Positions 46,412-56,203 are shown, counted from the first letter of the stretch. The stretch is 64,000 bases of DNA from a virus (IMGVR_UViG_3300046820_001270:160001-224000); one strand, 5' to 3'. Notes: generated by a model not told the origin, from the letters alone. Numbers and translations are program-made.

Positions 46412-47030
46412 TCAACAACCACCAAGTGGATTTAAAGAATTATTAGCAAGTATGATGAAACGTAGATGGTTCATCACCGCCATCGTATTAGGTGGATTCA
46501 TGATTATCATAATGGGTATATTTGGAGCAATTCTAAATAAATCTGCAATCGAGGGAGAGTGGAAAGAACTTTTATTATTGTTATTGGGTGCTTTCATTGG
46601 TTCTTATGGTAAAATCATTGACTATTGGTTTAGTGATACTGATAAGGATAAAATGTTAGTTCAGAAAATGGATGAGGAAGACGGTACATCATTAAGTAAT
46701 ACCGCGGATTTACCAAATAACCCAATTGTCCCAATGTCAACAGCACCTTTAGTTTTACCAACAACACAAGATACGGTAGAAGTCGAAACTCCACAACAAA
46801 GTGATGAAGTTATTACTCAAGTTACACCAAAAGTAGGTGTGGAGATTGATGAAGATGGTGATGGAACTATGGATGGTTTAGATTTTGACGGAGATGGTAA
46901 AATTGATGAATATTTTACACACAGACAATGTGAACACGTTTGGGGAGACTTAGACGGTGATGGTACAGAGGAGTGTTTGAAATGTGGTAAAGTAAAAGAT
47001 GAATTTGCAGAAATGCATATGGAAGGATAA
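46404..47030 (+). CDS. Two-TM protein with DxDGDG Ca-binding repeats and a Cys/His knuckle
   Basis: DEDGDGTMDGLDFDGDG, DLDGDG, CEH..CLKC. Confidence 0.7.
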   Translation: MADQQPPSGFKELLASMMKRRWFITAIVLGGFMIIIMGIFGAILNKSAIEGEWKELLLLLLGAFIGSYGKIIDYWFSDTDKDKMLVQKMDEEDGTSLSNTADLPNNPIVPMSTAPLVLPTTQDTVEVETPQQSDEVITQVTPKVGVEIDEDGDGTMDGLDFDGDGKIDEYFTHRQCEHVWGDLDGDGTEECLKCGKVKDEFAEMHMEG

Positions 47031-47056
47031 TAAACAAAGACAAAAAATAAAAAACT

Positions 47057-47305
47057 ATGAATTTTAAACAATGGGTTATTGAACTTTTCAAAGATGAAAG
47101 AGGTTCTATATCGGTAAAACCGGTAATTGCAATGATAGGTGCTATGTTCCTATGTATTACGATGATATTAAATTCGTTCTCTCACGCGGATTTTGCTCCA
47201 TCACCTGAATTGGTTAACGCGGTTATGTTAATCACAGGTATTGGAATGGGTGCAGATACTTTAGATAAGTTCTCACACAAAAAGAAAGAAGAAACAGAAG
47301 GTTAA
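47057..47305 (+). CDS. Small two-TM holin-like protein
   Basis: DERGSIS.KPVIAMIG; two TM segments; charged tail. Confidence 0.55.
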   Translation: MNFKQWVIELFKDERGSISVKPVIAMIGAMFLCITMILNSFSHADFAPSPELVNAVMLITGIGMGADTLDKFSHKKKEETEG

Positions 47306-47309
47306 TATT

Positions 47310-47337
47310 AAGGAGGGTTTATCCCTCCTTTTTTTTT
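47310..47337 (+). terminator. Intrinsic terminator
   Basis: AAGGAGGG-TTTAT-CCCTCCTT followed by a T-tract. Confidence 0.85.
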
Positions 47338-47362
47338 GTATATATTTATTAAAAATGATTAT

Positions 47363-47575
47363 ATGAAAAAATTAAAAGAAACATTAGCTTTAAGATTTGT
47401 TCAGTTAGTTTTTGTATGGGTAAACTTGGCACTAGCATTTCAAGTGTTTATGTTAGTCACACATTTTACTAATCCAGAATTAAGTACAAAAATAGGTAAT
47501 GAAATAATGTGGAAAATTGACGGGACATTCAAAAATGACCCTAATAATATATGGTACGAAGGACCATCAAAATAG
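47363..47575 (+). CDS. Single-TM protein (start revised from 47336)
   Basis: TATTTATT at 47343; one TM segment. Confidence 0.6.
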   Translation: MKKLKETLALRFVQLVFVWVNLALAFQVFMLVTHFTNPELSTKIGNEIMWKIDGTFKNDPNNIWYEGPSK

Positions 47576-47581
47576 TAGATA

Positions 47582-48160
47582 ATGATTTTCCCAAAAAGAA
47601 TTAGTAATAATATTTTTTTTAAAAAAGAATTTATTGACGGGTTGTTACTAAATGTACCAAAAGAAACCATGAACTATTGGGGGGTTTCGATTATTGACAC
47701 TAACAAAATAGAAGGGGGAATTCGTTATATCAATGGCATAATAGATGTTATCTATATCGTTATAAATTGTAAAAAAGGGGTTGATCGTTCAGAAAAATTA
47801 ATAAAATTCAATTTAATTGAACAAAATTATGTTTTTGATTCTTTATACATAAAATATGATATTAAAACTGATTCTCCGTCCTTTCCAATTGAATATAGGT
47901 ACGATAACGATTTAAACGTAATTGCGACATATAAATGGAATAATAACATTAATGAATATCTTAGAACAGGTATTCTTACCACACAATATAAAGATAATAT
48001 TAAATTAAAAGAATATATATTATGTGCAAATAAAAAGGTACCCGAATCATTTAAAGAACTAACCGATATATTGATAATTCCAGAAAGTATTTATAATAAT
48101 GATATAGAATACTTATCTGTTAAAGATAATCAAGAATTATTATATTATTATATTAAATAA
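47582..48160 (+). CDS. Hypothetical protein
   Basis: ORF. Confidence 0.6.
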   Translation: MIFPKRISNNIFFKKEFIDGLLLNVPKETMNYWGVSIIDTNKIEGGIRYINGIIDVIYIVINCKKGVDRSEKLIKFNLIEQNYVFDSLYIKYDIKTDSPSFPIEYRYDNDLNVIATYKWNNNINEYLRTGILTTQYKDNIKLKEYILCANKKVPESFKELTDILIIPESIYNNDIEYLSVKDNQELLYYYIK

Positions 48161-48166
48161 AAAAAT

Positions 48167-49240
48167 ATGAAAAAAGAACAAATTCCTACGGGATGGAAAG
48201 GTGGTTTTCCCTCAGAAAATCAAAAACAAATGTTATATCCTACTTCGGATTTAACTTCATTACCTATGTTGGGTAATATGGATAACATCGATTTACTACA
48301 AAGACAATGGGGTGTTAAATGGCCAATGTTTAGTTGGAATACTCTAAATGGAGAAAAGGATCCAAAGCGTTGTTATGTACAATTTGCTCCTTATATCTCA
48401 AGAATAGGATATACCAATGAAGGTAGAATTTATTCCATAATCTGTCCTCAACAAGGGATGTGGATTGGGGATGAAATTTGTATCAATGTTGAAGTAACAG
48501 TTACAGGACAAAGAGGTTGGGTTAATGAAACCACAAAAGAAATTTCTGCAGATATGATGGTTGAGGGAAAAATTTGGTTAACACCAAGTGAACATCAAGG
48601 TAGTCATTTAAAAGCAATTTGGCCATTATTAAAATACGGATCTCACAAATACCCTATCGACAAAGAAAACGCTATTCGTGTTGGAACACACCTACCAGGA
48701 AATCCTAAAGAACCTATATTCCAACTCGGAAAAGGTCTATCCTCAAGATTTAAAAATCCAGAATATGCTTTACACGAAGAAGGATCATTTACAACAGGAC
48801 ATATTGATGTTGAGATAGGAGGAATGATCCCCACAAACGATGAAAAATTAGATAAGTTTAATCAATATTTTTTAAACATTTTTAATATAGCTACGGGTAA
48901 TATGCTACAAAAGGGTAATGTATTATCGTGGAATTTATGGTTTAATTCACCTGAGTTAGTTTCAGTTCCTGAATGGAAAAATCACGCTGAATATTGGCGT
49001 ACTTCTATAAACGCCCATCACGGTTCACCAGGTGGTGAGGGAACAAGTGCAAGATATTTTGACGGAACATATTTTGACACTAAATCATTTGCTGTTAAAG
49101 AGATTGTTAAAGAAATTTTAAATCACACCGTAAAAAATTCCGTGTTGAGGAAGGTTTTAATATTCACTATAGAACATTTCCCTAAAACAATTTTGGATAT
49201 GTTTTTAAAGAAAAGTAATAAAGATAAAACAAATACATAA
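48167..49240 (+). CDS. Hypothetical protein
   Basis: Long Trp/Pro/Gly-rich globular ORF. Confidence 0.75.
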   Translation: MKKEQIPTGWKGGFPSENQKQMLYPTSDLTSLPMLGNMDNIDLLQRQWGVKWPMFSWNTLNGEKDPKRCYVQFAPYISRIGYTNEGRIYSIICPQQGMWIGDEICINVEVTVTGQRGWVNETTKEISADMMVEGKIWLTPSEHQGSHLKAIWPLLKYGSHKYPIDKENAIRVGTHLPGNPKEPIFQLGKGLSSRFKNPEYALHEEGSFTTGHIDVEIGGMIPTNDEKLDKFNQYFLNIFNIATGNMLQKGNVLSWNLWFNSPELVSVPEWKNHAEYWRTSINAHHGSPGGEGTSARYFDGTYFDTKSFAVKEIVKEILNHTVKNSVLRKVLIFTIEHFPKTILDMFLKKSNKDKTNT

Positions 49241-49983
49241 TGACAAAAAACGAAATACTATACAATGTCGGTTTAACCGACAAAGTTTATTCAGAACAAA
49301 AAGATATTGATTTTAAGGCACAAAGATTAAAATTAATTAAATGGATTGAGGATAAAAAATCAGATACTCAAGGATTTGTTGCAACTAAAGACAACACAAT
49401 TTATATTGTGTGGAGAGGTAGTTCTTCTAAAAAAGACTTCCAAAACGACGCATCAATAGATAAGGTACCTTTTGTTGAGGAAGGTGAAAAAGTTCACATT
49501 GGGTTTAAATCTTGTTGGGATGCCGTTAAGGACGACACATATAAGGCTTTAGATATTGCACTTAAAAACTTGGGTCAAGAACATTCAATTGACAATATTG
49601 TTGTTTGTGGACATAGTTTAGGTGCCGCAATTTCAACCTTATGTGCATATGAGATCTATTCAATTTATAAGTCAAATAAAATTATATGTTGTACAATTGG
49701 TAGTCCAAGAGTTGGTAATAAAGTGTTCAAACAAAACTTTGACAAATCTCCAATTGAATCATTAAGGATTGTAAACAATTTAGACGTTGTTACTCGTGCT
49801 CCAAATATCGGATATCATCATGTTAATACCGAATTACGTATTGATAGTGAGGGTAAAATCAAAAAATGGATGATTGATTGGCAAAGAGTTGGTGAATACC
49901 TTAAAGCCGTATTTACAGGTAGGACAGCTAAAGATCATATGACAAATAACTACATAAGTGCATTAAATAAATGGAACCCATAA
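49240..49983 (+). CDS. Class 3 lipase
   Basis: WRGS, VHIGF, CGHSLGAA, GSPRVGN, DVV..P, DH. Confidence 0.88.
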   Translation: MTKNEILYNVGLTDKVYSEQKDIDFKAQRLKLIKWIEDKKSDTQGFVATKDNTIYIVWRGSSSKKDFQNDASIDKVPFVEEGEKVHIGFKSCWDAVKDDTYKALDIALKNLGQEHSIDNIVVCGHSLGAAISTLCAYEIYSIYKSNKIICCTIGSPRVGNKVFKQNFDKSPIESLRIVNNLDVVTRAPNIGYHHVNTELRIDSEGKIKKWMIDWQRVGEYLKAVFTGRTAKDHMTNNYISALNKWNP

Positions 49984-49992
49984 AAAAAATAT

Positions 49993-50712
49993 ATGAAAAA
50001 ATTATTAACATTATTAATCGTTTGTTTAGTAAGTCTTGTTGCAAATAGTCAAACAATAGGTAAGACTAAGACAGAGGACTTTAAGGCGGACTTTGAAAAG
50101 AAAAAAGATATAAGTGCTTACTTAGATTATGAGGGTCCTCAAATACCCGTTCAAATCCTTAAATGTGGTATTTCTGACGAGGTGTATGAAATGTACCCTG
50201 AATTGAAAGAAAAACGTGTAGGTTTGGGTGTTGCGAATATTTCTATGGAATACCTTGAAAACTTAAACAGATTCAAATTTACCGAAGATAAAACGGAAAT
50301 TAAGAATCGTATGGTAAAACAATTTCAAGCGTCTGCCGCAGGTATTTCTGAAAACAAATTAGACGGTCGTGGTAAAATCAATTTAGCCAAGTATTTTGTA
50401 ACTATTGAGTGTTATGACTATTCCGTATCAGAAGACGAAACTATCAACCTAAAAGACGGTATTAAGGACAATATGGTTACTCGTATCGGTTTACAAGTTA
50501 GATTTACAGATGCGGAAACAGGTTTAGTGTTTGCAGGTTCAGGTTTAGGTGAGGCTAAAACAACGAGAGAATTAACTCTATTGTCTGACGCAACTATAGA
50601 CCCAATAAAATTTAACCAATCAACTATCAGTATTTCAACCAAAAAAGCATTAGACATTGCGGTTGCAAATATCCTTGATAGAATGATTAAAAAAGGTATA
50701 TTCACAAAATAA
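49993..50712 (+). CDS. CsgG/HfaB family secreted protein
   Basis: Signal peptide ending NSQ; GLGVANI..E.LENLNRF; GLQVRFTDAETG...GSG.GEA. Confidence 0.7.
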   Translation: MKKLLTLLIVCLVSLVANSQTIGKTKTEDFKADFEKKKDISAYLDYEGPQIPVQILKCGISDEVYEMYPELKEKRVGLGVANISMEYLENLNRFKFTEDKTEIKNRMVKQFQASAAGISENKLDGRGKINLAKYFVTIECYDYSVSEDETINLKDGIKDNMVTRIGLQVRFTDAETGLVFAGSGLGEAKTTRELTLLSDATIDPIKFNQSTISISTKKALDIAVANILDRMIKKGIFTK

Positions 50713-50942
50713 TGAAATACGAAATTGTGGACGTCCCACAACCTGAAAATTGTGAAAAATGTACCCCATGTTTAAGAATAAGATTAATGGAAATGGGGTT
50801 TATTACAGGTGAAAAAATTGAATTTGGAGAAAAAAGGTTAGGGTTATACACGGTTAACATACTAACCGAAAACGATCATGTTTCATCGGTCGTCGCATTA
50901 AGACAAGAAGAATTAGATAGAATATGTTTAAAAGGGGTTTAA
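50712..50942 (+). CDS. FeoA-domain protein
   Basis: RLMEMGFITGEKI...G...V...VALR. Confidence 0.7.
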   Translation: MKYEIVDVPQPENCEKCTPCLRIRLMEMGFITGEKIEFGEKRLGLYTVNILTENDHVSSVVALRQEELDRICLKGV

Positions 50943-50969
50943 TAACCCCTTTTTTAGTATTTATATAAT

Positions 50970-51149
50970 ATGAATAAGTTTTATAGAATATATGATGATA
51001 GAGTTTTCTTTGGTGTATGTGGGGGATTAAGCCACAGAACCAATATAGATCCATTAGTTTGGAGACTATTATTTTTCTTTCTAATATTTTCACCATTACC
51101 AATAATAACAGGATATTTATTAACCTCAATTTTAACTAAAAGCGTATGA
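50970..51149 (+). CDS. PspC-domain membrane protein (59 aa)
   Basis: Not in the ORF track; YR..DDRVFFGVCGGL..TNIDP..WRL. Confidence 0.85.
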   Translation: MNKFYRIYDDRVFFGVCGGLSHRTNIDPLVWRLLFFFLIFSPLPIITGYLLTSILTKSV

Positions 51150-51988
51150 AAAAAGTTTTATTAGTTACAGGATTAATTTTTATATTAATTCTAATATGTA
51201 CTTTCATGTTAAGTGCACAAGTGTCATCTTGGAGAAGTAATCCTCCACAACAAAAAACTGAAACACCAAGAGTTCAACCATCTGTATCACAACAAAATAA
51301 TGTGAGTCGATGGAGAACACAAACCGCACCTATTAGACCAGGTGATAAATATGAATTACCACAATCAACTCGTAGAGTTAGAGTACAAAATTGGGGTAGA
51401 CCAAATCCCTACGGTTACTATTGGAGTAATTGGGGTTGGTATCAACCATTCCCTTATATTTGGTACGATGACTTTGGATGGAGACAACGAAGTGTAATTC
51501 ATGTATATGAAAATGGTAGAAGAGATACGATTAAAAAAGAATCGGTTTATACCTCTTTTGGTATCGGACACACAAATAATAAACAATCGTCTTTTTGGGG
51601 TGCTGTAGGAAGAAAGAAAGGTTATTTTATTTTAGATTATACAATGTCTTACGATATTGACCAAAATAAATTTTACCCGAATGGTAGAATTAATGAAGTG
51701 GATTTCCCATTAAGTAAGAATGACTTTATCAAAGAAGGAACTTTATATCTCGGAGGAGGTAAAAGATTTGGTAAGTTAGGTGTTCACGGAATGATTGGTT
51801 TTGGGAATGAGAATATCAGATATCAAGGTAAAGATGATCTTGGAGGTATATCTTTTCCTAAATCAAACTCAAATTTTACAACACTTAAATTTGGTATTAT
51901 AAGAGACTTCAATTTCTTTACATTAAAATTAGACAGAGATCCAATAAGAAATTTTAATCAAATATCAATAGGATTACATAATAAGTAA
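51146..51988 (+). CDS. Secreted protein: Pro/Gln/Trp-rich N-region + small beta-barrel
   Basis: Signal peptide ending SAQ; C-terminal amphipathic strands. Confidence 0.6.
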   Translation: MKKVLLVTGLIFILILICTFMLSAQVSSWRSNPPQQKTETPRVQPSVSQQNNVSRWRTQTAPIRPGDKYELPQSTRRVRVQNWGRPNPYGYYWSNWGWYQPFPYIWYDDFGWRQRSVIHVYENGRRDTIKKESVYTSFGIGHTNNKQSSFWGAVGRKKGYFILDYTMSYDIDQNKFYPNGRINEVDFPLSKNDFIKEGTLYLGGGKRFGKLGVHGMIGFGNENIRYQGKDDLGGISFPKSNSNFTTLKFGIIRDFNFFTLKLDRDPIRNFNQISIGLHNK

Positions 51989-53430
51989 TGAAAAAAATAA
52001 TATTACTCATTTTTATTATTTTTAACGTTTTAACTTTAAAATCACAAACGTACACACAAACTTTTATAGATAAGTGTACGGGTGAAAAAAAAGTTGCAAC
52101 AACTACCATGATAAATGGTAATGCTCAAGTTTCATTTTATAGTCAAGTTAGAACATTTACACCAATTGAAGTTCAGACAGGACAATTACAAATATGGTTG
52201 CAAACAACATATGCCACATATAACTCTTTAGCTTGCCCTACTAGTCAAGTGGTACAACAAACTGTACAGAATACCGTAACTCAAGCAACTTCACAAGCGG
52301 CAAGTGCTGCCGCATCAAATGCAGCTTCAAATGCCGCAAGTTCGGCAGCATCTTCTTCGGCGTCCGCTGCCGCAAGTAGTACCGCATCATCTGCGGCTTC
52401 AACCACAGGTTCATCTGTATCAAGTAGTGGAGCATCCACTTCGTCATCAGCACCACCTCCAAGTTCATCATCAAGTAGTTCATCATCAAGTAGTTCATCG
52501 TCGTCTTCGTCTGAAAGTAGTTCATCATCTTCAAGTAGTTCTTCATCTGAAAGTAAAACAGAATCTAAATCAGAAACTAAGAGTGAATCTAAATCAGAAG
52601 AAAAGAAATCGGAAAGTAAGAGTGAAGAAAAAAAGGAAGAGAAGAAATCTGAAGAAAAGAAAGAAGAGAAAAAAGAGGAAAAGAAAGAAGAAAAAAAGGA
52701 AGAGAAGAAAAAGGAAGAGAAGAAAAAGGAAGAAAAGAAAAAAGAAGAGAAGAAAGAAAAAAAGAAAAGTGGCGTATTAAACCCAATGTTAATTGCTTCA
52801 GATTATACCGTAGCACAAAATGCGGATAAAAGTTTTGGTTCTATGTTAGGTTTGGGTTGGAGTAAATCTTCTTTAATGGGAGATGAATCATTTTCGGTAA
52901 ATTCAATTATTTGGACTAACCTTAAACAATTTGCACTTGGTGGTGGTTATACAAAAATGGATTTTAAAGATGGTAAGTTAAACGCAATACATTCATATGG
53001 AGTGACTACGGCGTATCTCGATGGTAATTATATGGCACTATTAGGATACACATGGATTAAACCACATCCAAAATACGGAACGTTTGGTTACAACTTAGGT
53101 GTAGTAAATTTATTTTTAAAAGGAACAAAACAAAAATTTGATTATAGTACTGTGACATCGGCAGTTGTGTTTTGGACTAAACCTTATCAGTACAGTAAAA
53201 AATTGTCTATATCTCCACAGGTATTCGTAATGTCATCTCCATTGTCATATAATTCTTTTATGGGAACATCTTCTGTTAATAGACATGCAGGATTTTTAAT
53301 GGGTAGTTCTTTTGATTATAAATTAAGTAAAAGATTTGGATTTAGTTTTAATTATAAAATGAATTTCTCAACTCAACCGTACTCACCAGTTTTACATAAC
53401 TTCTTAGTTGGTAGTAGAATGGTATTATAA
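51988..53430 (+). CDS. Outer-membrane beta-barrel with Ala/Ser-rich, poly-Ser and EEKK spacers
   Basis: Signal peptide ending KSQ; low-complexity linker; C-terminal alternating strands. Confidence 0.65.
   Translation: MKKIILLIFIIFNVLTLKSQTYTQTFIDKCTGEKKVATTTMINGNAQVSFYSQVRTFTPIEVQTGQLQIWLQTTYATYNSLACPTSQVVQQTVQNTVTQATSQAASAAASNAASNAASSAASSSASAAASSTASSAASTTGSSVSSSGASTSSSAPPPSSSSSSSSSSSSSSSSSESSSSSSSSSSSESKTESKSETKSESKSEEKKSESKSEEKKEEKKSEEKKEEKKEEKKEEKKEEKKKEEKKKEEKKKEEKKEKKKSGVLNPMLIASDYTVAQNADKSFGSMLGLGWSKSSLMGDESFSVNSIIWTNLKQFALGGGYTKMDFKDGKLNAIHSYGVTTAYLDGNYMALLGYTWIKPHPKYGTFGYNLGVVNLFLKGTKQKFDYSTVTSAVVFWTKPYQYSKKLSISPQVFVMSSPLSYNSFMGTSSVNRHAGFLMGSSFDYKLSKRFGFSFNYKMNFSTQPYSPVLHNFLVGSRMVL
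52440..52770 (+). repeat. Poly-Ser and (EEKK)n coding repeats
   Basis: tcatca/agtagt runs followed by gaagaaaagaaa-type repeats. Confidence 0.85.
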
Positions 53431-53517
53431 AAAAATCCTCGAAGTAGAAACCTCGAGGATATGACAAAAAATAAATGTACCTCTCTCCTGATACAATGTA
53501 AATTTAACTAAGATTTT

Positions 53518-53856
53518 TTAAAAAGTCAATTCTTTGTGGAGATTCAATACTTGACTACACATTTCGTAATCTTCATTTTCTTCAAAAAAAGGAAGAATAT
53601 CTCTTTTCAAAACAATCGTTTCACTACGGTGAAATTCAAATTCAGTATTCCAATCCGCGTCTTTAAATTTAGCAGATAATTTTAATACCAAAGATTTTTT
53701 TCTTGTGTTTTTAAATTCCTCAAAGATTTCAATTATTGATTTATAAATTTCTTCTTTGTTAGGTTCGTAAAAACTTTTCCAATCCTTATATACTCCATTG
53801 ATAATCAATTCTTTATAAGGTTTTTTTCTCCTCTTAGGTTGGTTTAGTTCTTCCAT
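53518..53856 (-). CDS. Hypothetical protein with a UVR-like motif
   Basis: EENEDYEMCSQVLNL. Confidence 0.6.
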   Translation of the reverse strand: MEELNQPKRRKKPYKELIINGVYKDWKSFYEPNKEEIYKSIIEIFEEFKNTRKKSLVLKLSAKFKDADWNTEFEFHRSETIVLKRDILPFFEENEDYEMCSQVLNLHKELTF

Positions 53857-53927
53857 ATGTTATTGGGTTTAGTTTAGTTTAGAAACGGAGATAAAATTAA
53901 GTAAATTTATCAAACAAAAAAAATTAT

Positions 53928-54416
53928 TTATTCGTTTTCCACACTTCGATCCCACTTTGCCTTACGGGCCTCGGGAGAAAGGTGGAAAACTTCATCTATG
54001 GTATGTTCAATTTGGACTCTTACACAAGTTTGAGGTAATCTACAATTCATTAAATAATTGTTGATATAACCCATCATATTACCCGCACCGATCGGGTTTG
54101 CCGAATGAATGTATATTTGAGGTAAAGGTATTTTTTCATTCATACTCTCACTTACAATATAACGACAACAATCCATACCAGTCCTTTCATTAATGTTGTT
54201 ATAATCCAACATATAATTATTTTTTACATTTGTATAGTATTCAACCATAGCACCCTCACCTAAATCGTGATCTAATGATATCACTTCAAATGATGACAAT
54301 CCGTGCAGTTTAATTTGTTTTATAAATTCGTCATAATCTCTCGCAACAATCCATTCAGAATCTTTTGGTGTTCTTATATCATCAAGGTATAATCTCAATC
54401 TTTTATTAATTTTCAT
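53928..54416 (-). CDS. Cyclic-phosphate-processing receiver-domain protein
   Basis: LYLDDIR, ISLDHDLG, TGMDC, IHSANP.G. Confidence 0.82.
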   Translation of the reverse strand: MKINKRLRLYLDDIRTPKDSEWIVARDYDEFIKQIKLHGLSSFEVISLDHDLGEGAMVEYYTNVKNNYMLDYNNINERTGMDCCRYIVSESMNEKIPLPQIYIHSANPIGAGNMMGYINNYLMNCRLPQTCVRVQIEHTIDEVFHLSPEARKAKWDRSVENE

Positions 54417-55476
54417 CTTTTTTAAATGGTTTTTCGTATTTAGGTTTCATTATTCTCCAAATAATTTGATCATATGGTTTTCCGTCCCACATTGCAAATA
54501 ATATTGGTCTATAAAATGTCTCAACATCACATTTTTCTAAATGTAATGCAAAATCTTTTTTTGTTGGCATTGGGTCTACATCTCCATATTTTCCATATCT
54601 AAAATAATCATGTATCTTACCACAATGTTCTCCAATTCTGTATTTGGCATATTCAAAAGAACTCACTTGTTGTTTAACCCACTTGTAAAATTCATCAGGT
54701 ACCCTATCTAAAAATTCATCCATAGGTTTTCCTTCTTTCATTAATTCCCAAATATCTTTTGATGAAAAATTGGTTAATATTTTATGTAATCTTTTATATT
54801 CTTCTCCTTTGATTTTCATACGAAAACCATTTTTAAAACGAATTACATAACCTTCTCTATCTTTACTAATTTCTTCTTTAAGTAAATCATATCCTTCTCC
54901 CCATGTTTTGTATGTCATAACAATTTCAAATCCAGATTCCTGCATCCAAAAAATACTACTATCAGGTATTTCATAACCAGTTTCAGTATGTATTGCACCA
55001 AGAACAACTAATTTTTCTTCACCTTTATAATCGACAACAATTCTATTTTCAGGATAAATAATTTCAAACAAATATGTATTGTCTTTTCTCCATGCACTAA
55101 TGTCATGTCTATCAAGAATTTCTTTACCCTTAATTGCCTGCGGTGATGTGAATGATCCGCGTGTTGCGAATATCCATTCATTTTCATAATTAAAAAGAAT
55201 ACCTAATGAACCATCCATTTTTTCATAAACAACATAATCTTCATTTGGAATATCTTCTGGTTTATGTTCTTCATAATTAAAAAATTTCTTAAATGGTCTT
55301 GCAACAATATCACCTTTTGAATTAGTAACTAATCCACGACATTGCAAAGTAATATCATCCCACAATCTTTCGTATTGAACTTTAGGAGAATAATTCCATA
55401 TGGTCAAATCTTTAGTAGGATGTGTTTGTTTATGCAACAAACCATCATTATAATATTTTTCTAATATGTCTAACAT
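54406..55476 (-). CDS. T4 Rnl1-like RNA ligase
   Basis: YEKMDGSLG, ATRGSF, FEII, EGYV, MKIK. Confidence 0.9.
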   Translation of the reverse strand: MLDILEKYYNDGLLHKQTHPTKDLTIWNYSPKVQYERLWDDITLQCRGLVTNSKGDIVARPFKKFFNYEEHKPEDIPNEDYVVYEKMDGSLGILFNYENEWIFATRGSFTSPQAIKGKEILDRHDISAWRKDNTYLFEIIYPENRIVVDYKGEEKLVVLGAIHTETGYEIPDSSIFWMQESGFEIVMTYKTWGEGYDLLKEEISKDREGYVIRFKNGFRMKIKGEEYKRLHKILTNFSSKDIWELMKEGKPMDEFLDRVPDEFYKWVKQQVSSFEYAKYRIGEHCGKIHDYFRYGKYGDVDPMPTKKDFALHLEKCDVETFYRPILFAMWDGKPYDQIIWRIMKPKYEKPFKKDEN

Positions 55477-55479
55477 AAA

Positions 55480-55722
55480 TTATTTTACGGGTCTGAATAA
55501 ACCGATGTTGTACGTATATTTTAACCAGTTTATAGACAAATATACACCACATATTTTGTTTTTCCAAATAGATACATGGGAATCGGGATGACAAGTATCA
55601 AAATAAAAATAAACAAAAGGTAATGGATATAATGACCATTGGTTTCTATGTAAGTTAGCGTGGAATTTCATCTTAGGTTTTGGATTTACGGATTCAACAT
55701 AAGAAGAAATAAATTGACTCAT
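55480..55722 (-). CDS. Hypothetical protein
   Basis: Coupled ORF. Confidence 0.55.
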   Translation of the reverse strand: MSQFISSYVESVNPKPKMKFHANLHRNQWSLYPLPFVYFYFDTCHPDSHVSIWKNKICGVYLSINWLKYTYNIGLFRPVK

Positions 55723-56150
55723 TAAAGTTTAACTTGAAATCTATTTTTCATTTGTTGAAGTTTATCTTCGGGAACTCCGTGGACATTTTCATTACCATGT
55801 CTGTTTTCAACAATTACTGTATGAACACGATAATTGTATCTTTCCGCCATTTTAAAATATTCGTCCATTTCCCATTCTTGGGTAAAAGTATTCGCAACAA
55901 CTATCCTAGCCTTTTGTTGTCTCATTCTTTCTGAGCATCTAAATTGACAATAGTTATGTGCTTCTTTTATTTTAGTCGGATCAAAATTGTAATCACCTTC
56001 TTTATCTTCAAAAAAATCATCAGCAGATAAAACCTCAGGTTCATCTGTACTTCTAAGTTGTAGTATGATTTTTGCTAATGTTGATTTACCTGAACCAGGT
56101 AATCCTCTCAATAATATTAATTCACCTTGTGTCTCGTTTACACTATCCAT
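55722..56150 (-). CDS. Polynucleotide kinase-like P-loop protein (AAA_33/N4BP2-like)
   Basis: LRGLPGSGKST, SADDFF, VANTF, NVHGVP. Confidence 0.85.
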   Translation of the reverse strand: MDSVNETQGELILLRGLPGSGKSTLAKIILQLRSTDEPEVLSADDFFEDKEGDYNFDPTKIKEAHNYCQFRCSERMRQQKARIVVANTFTQEWEMDEYFKMAERYNYRVHTVIVENRHGNENVHGVPEDKLQQMKNRFQVKL

Positions 56151-56203
56151 AGGAGAGATTTAAGATTAAAAAATTGGGGTTAGACTAATCCAACCCCGAT
56201 TTC

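Noticed and set aside
53431-53517. Possible sRNA or 16-codon ORF around the terminator at 53431-53460
   Set aside because: Explained adequately as a terminator between convergent operons; promoter match is imperfect
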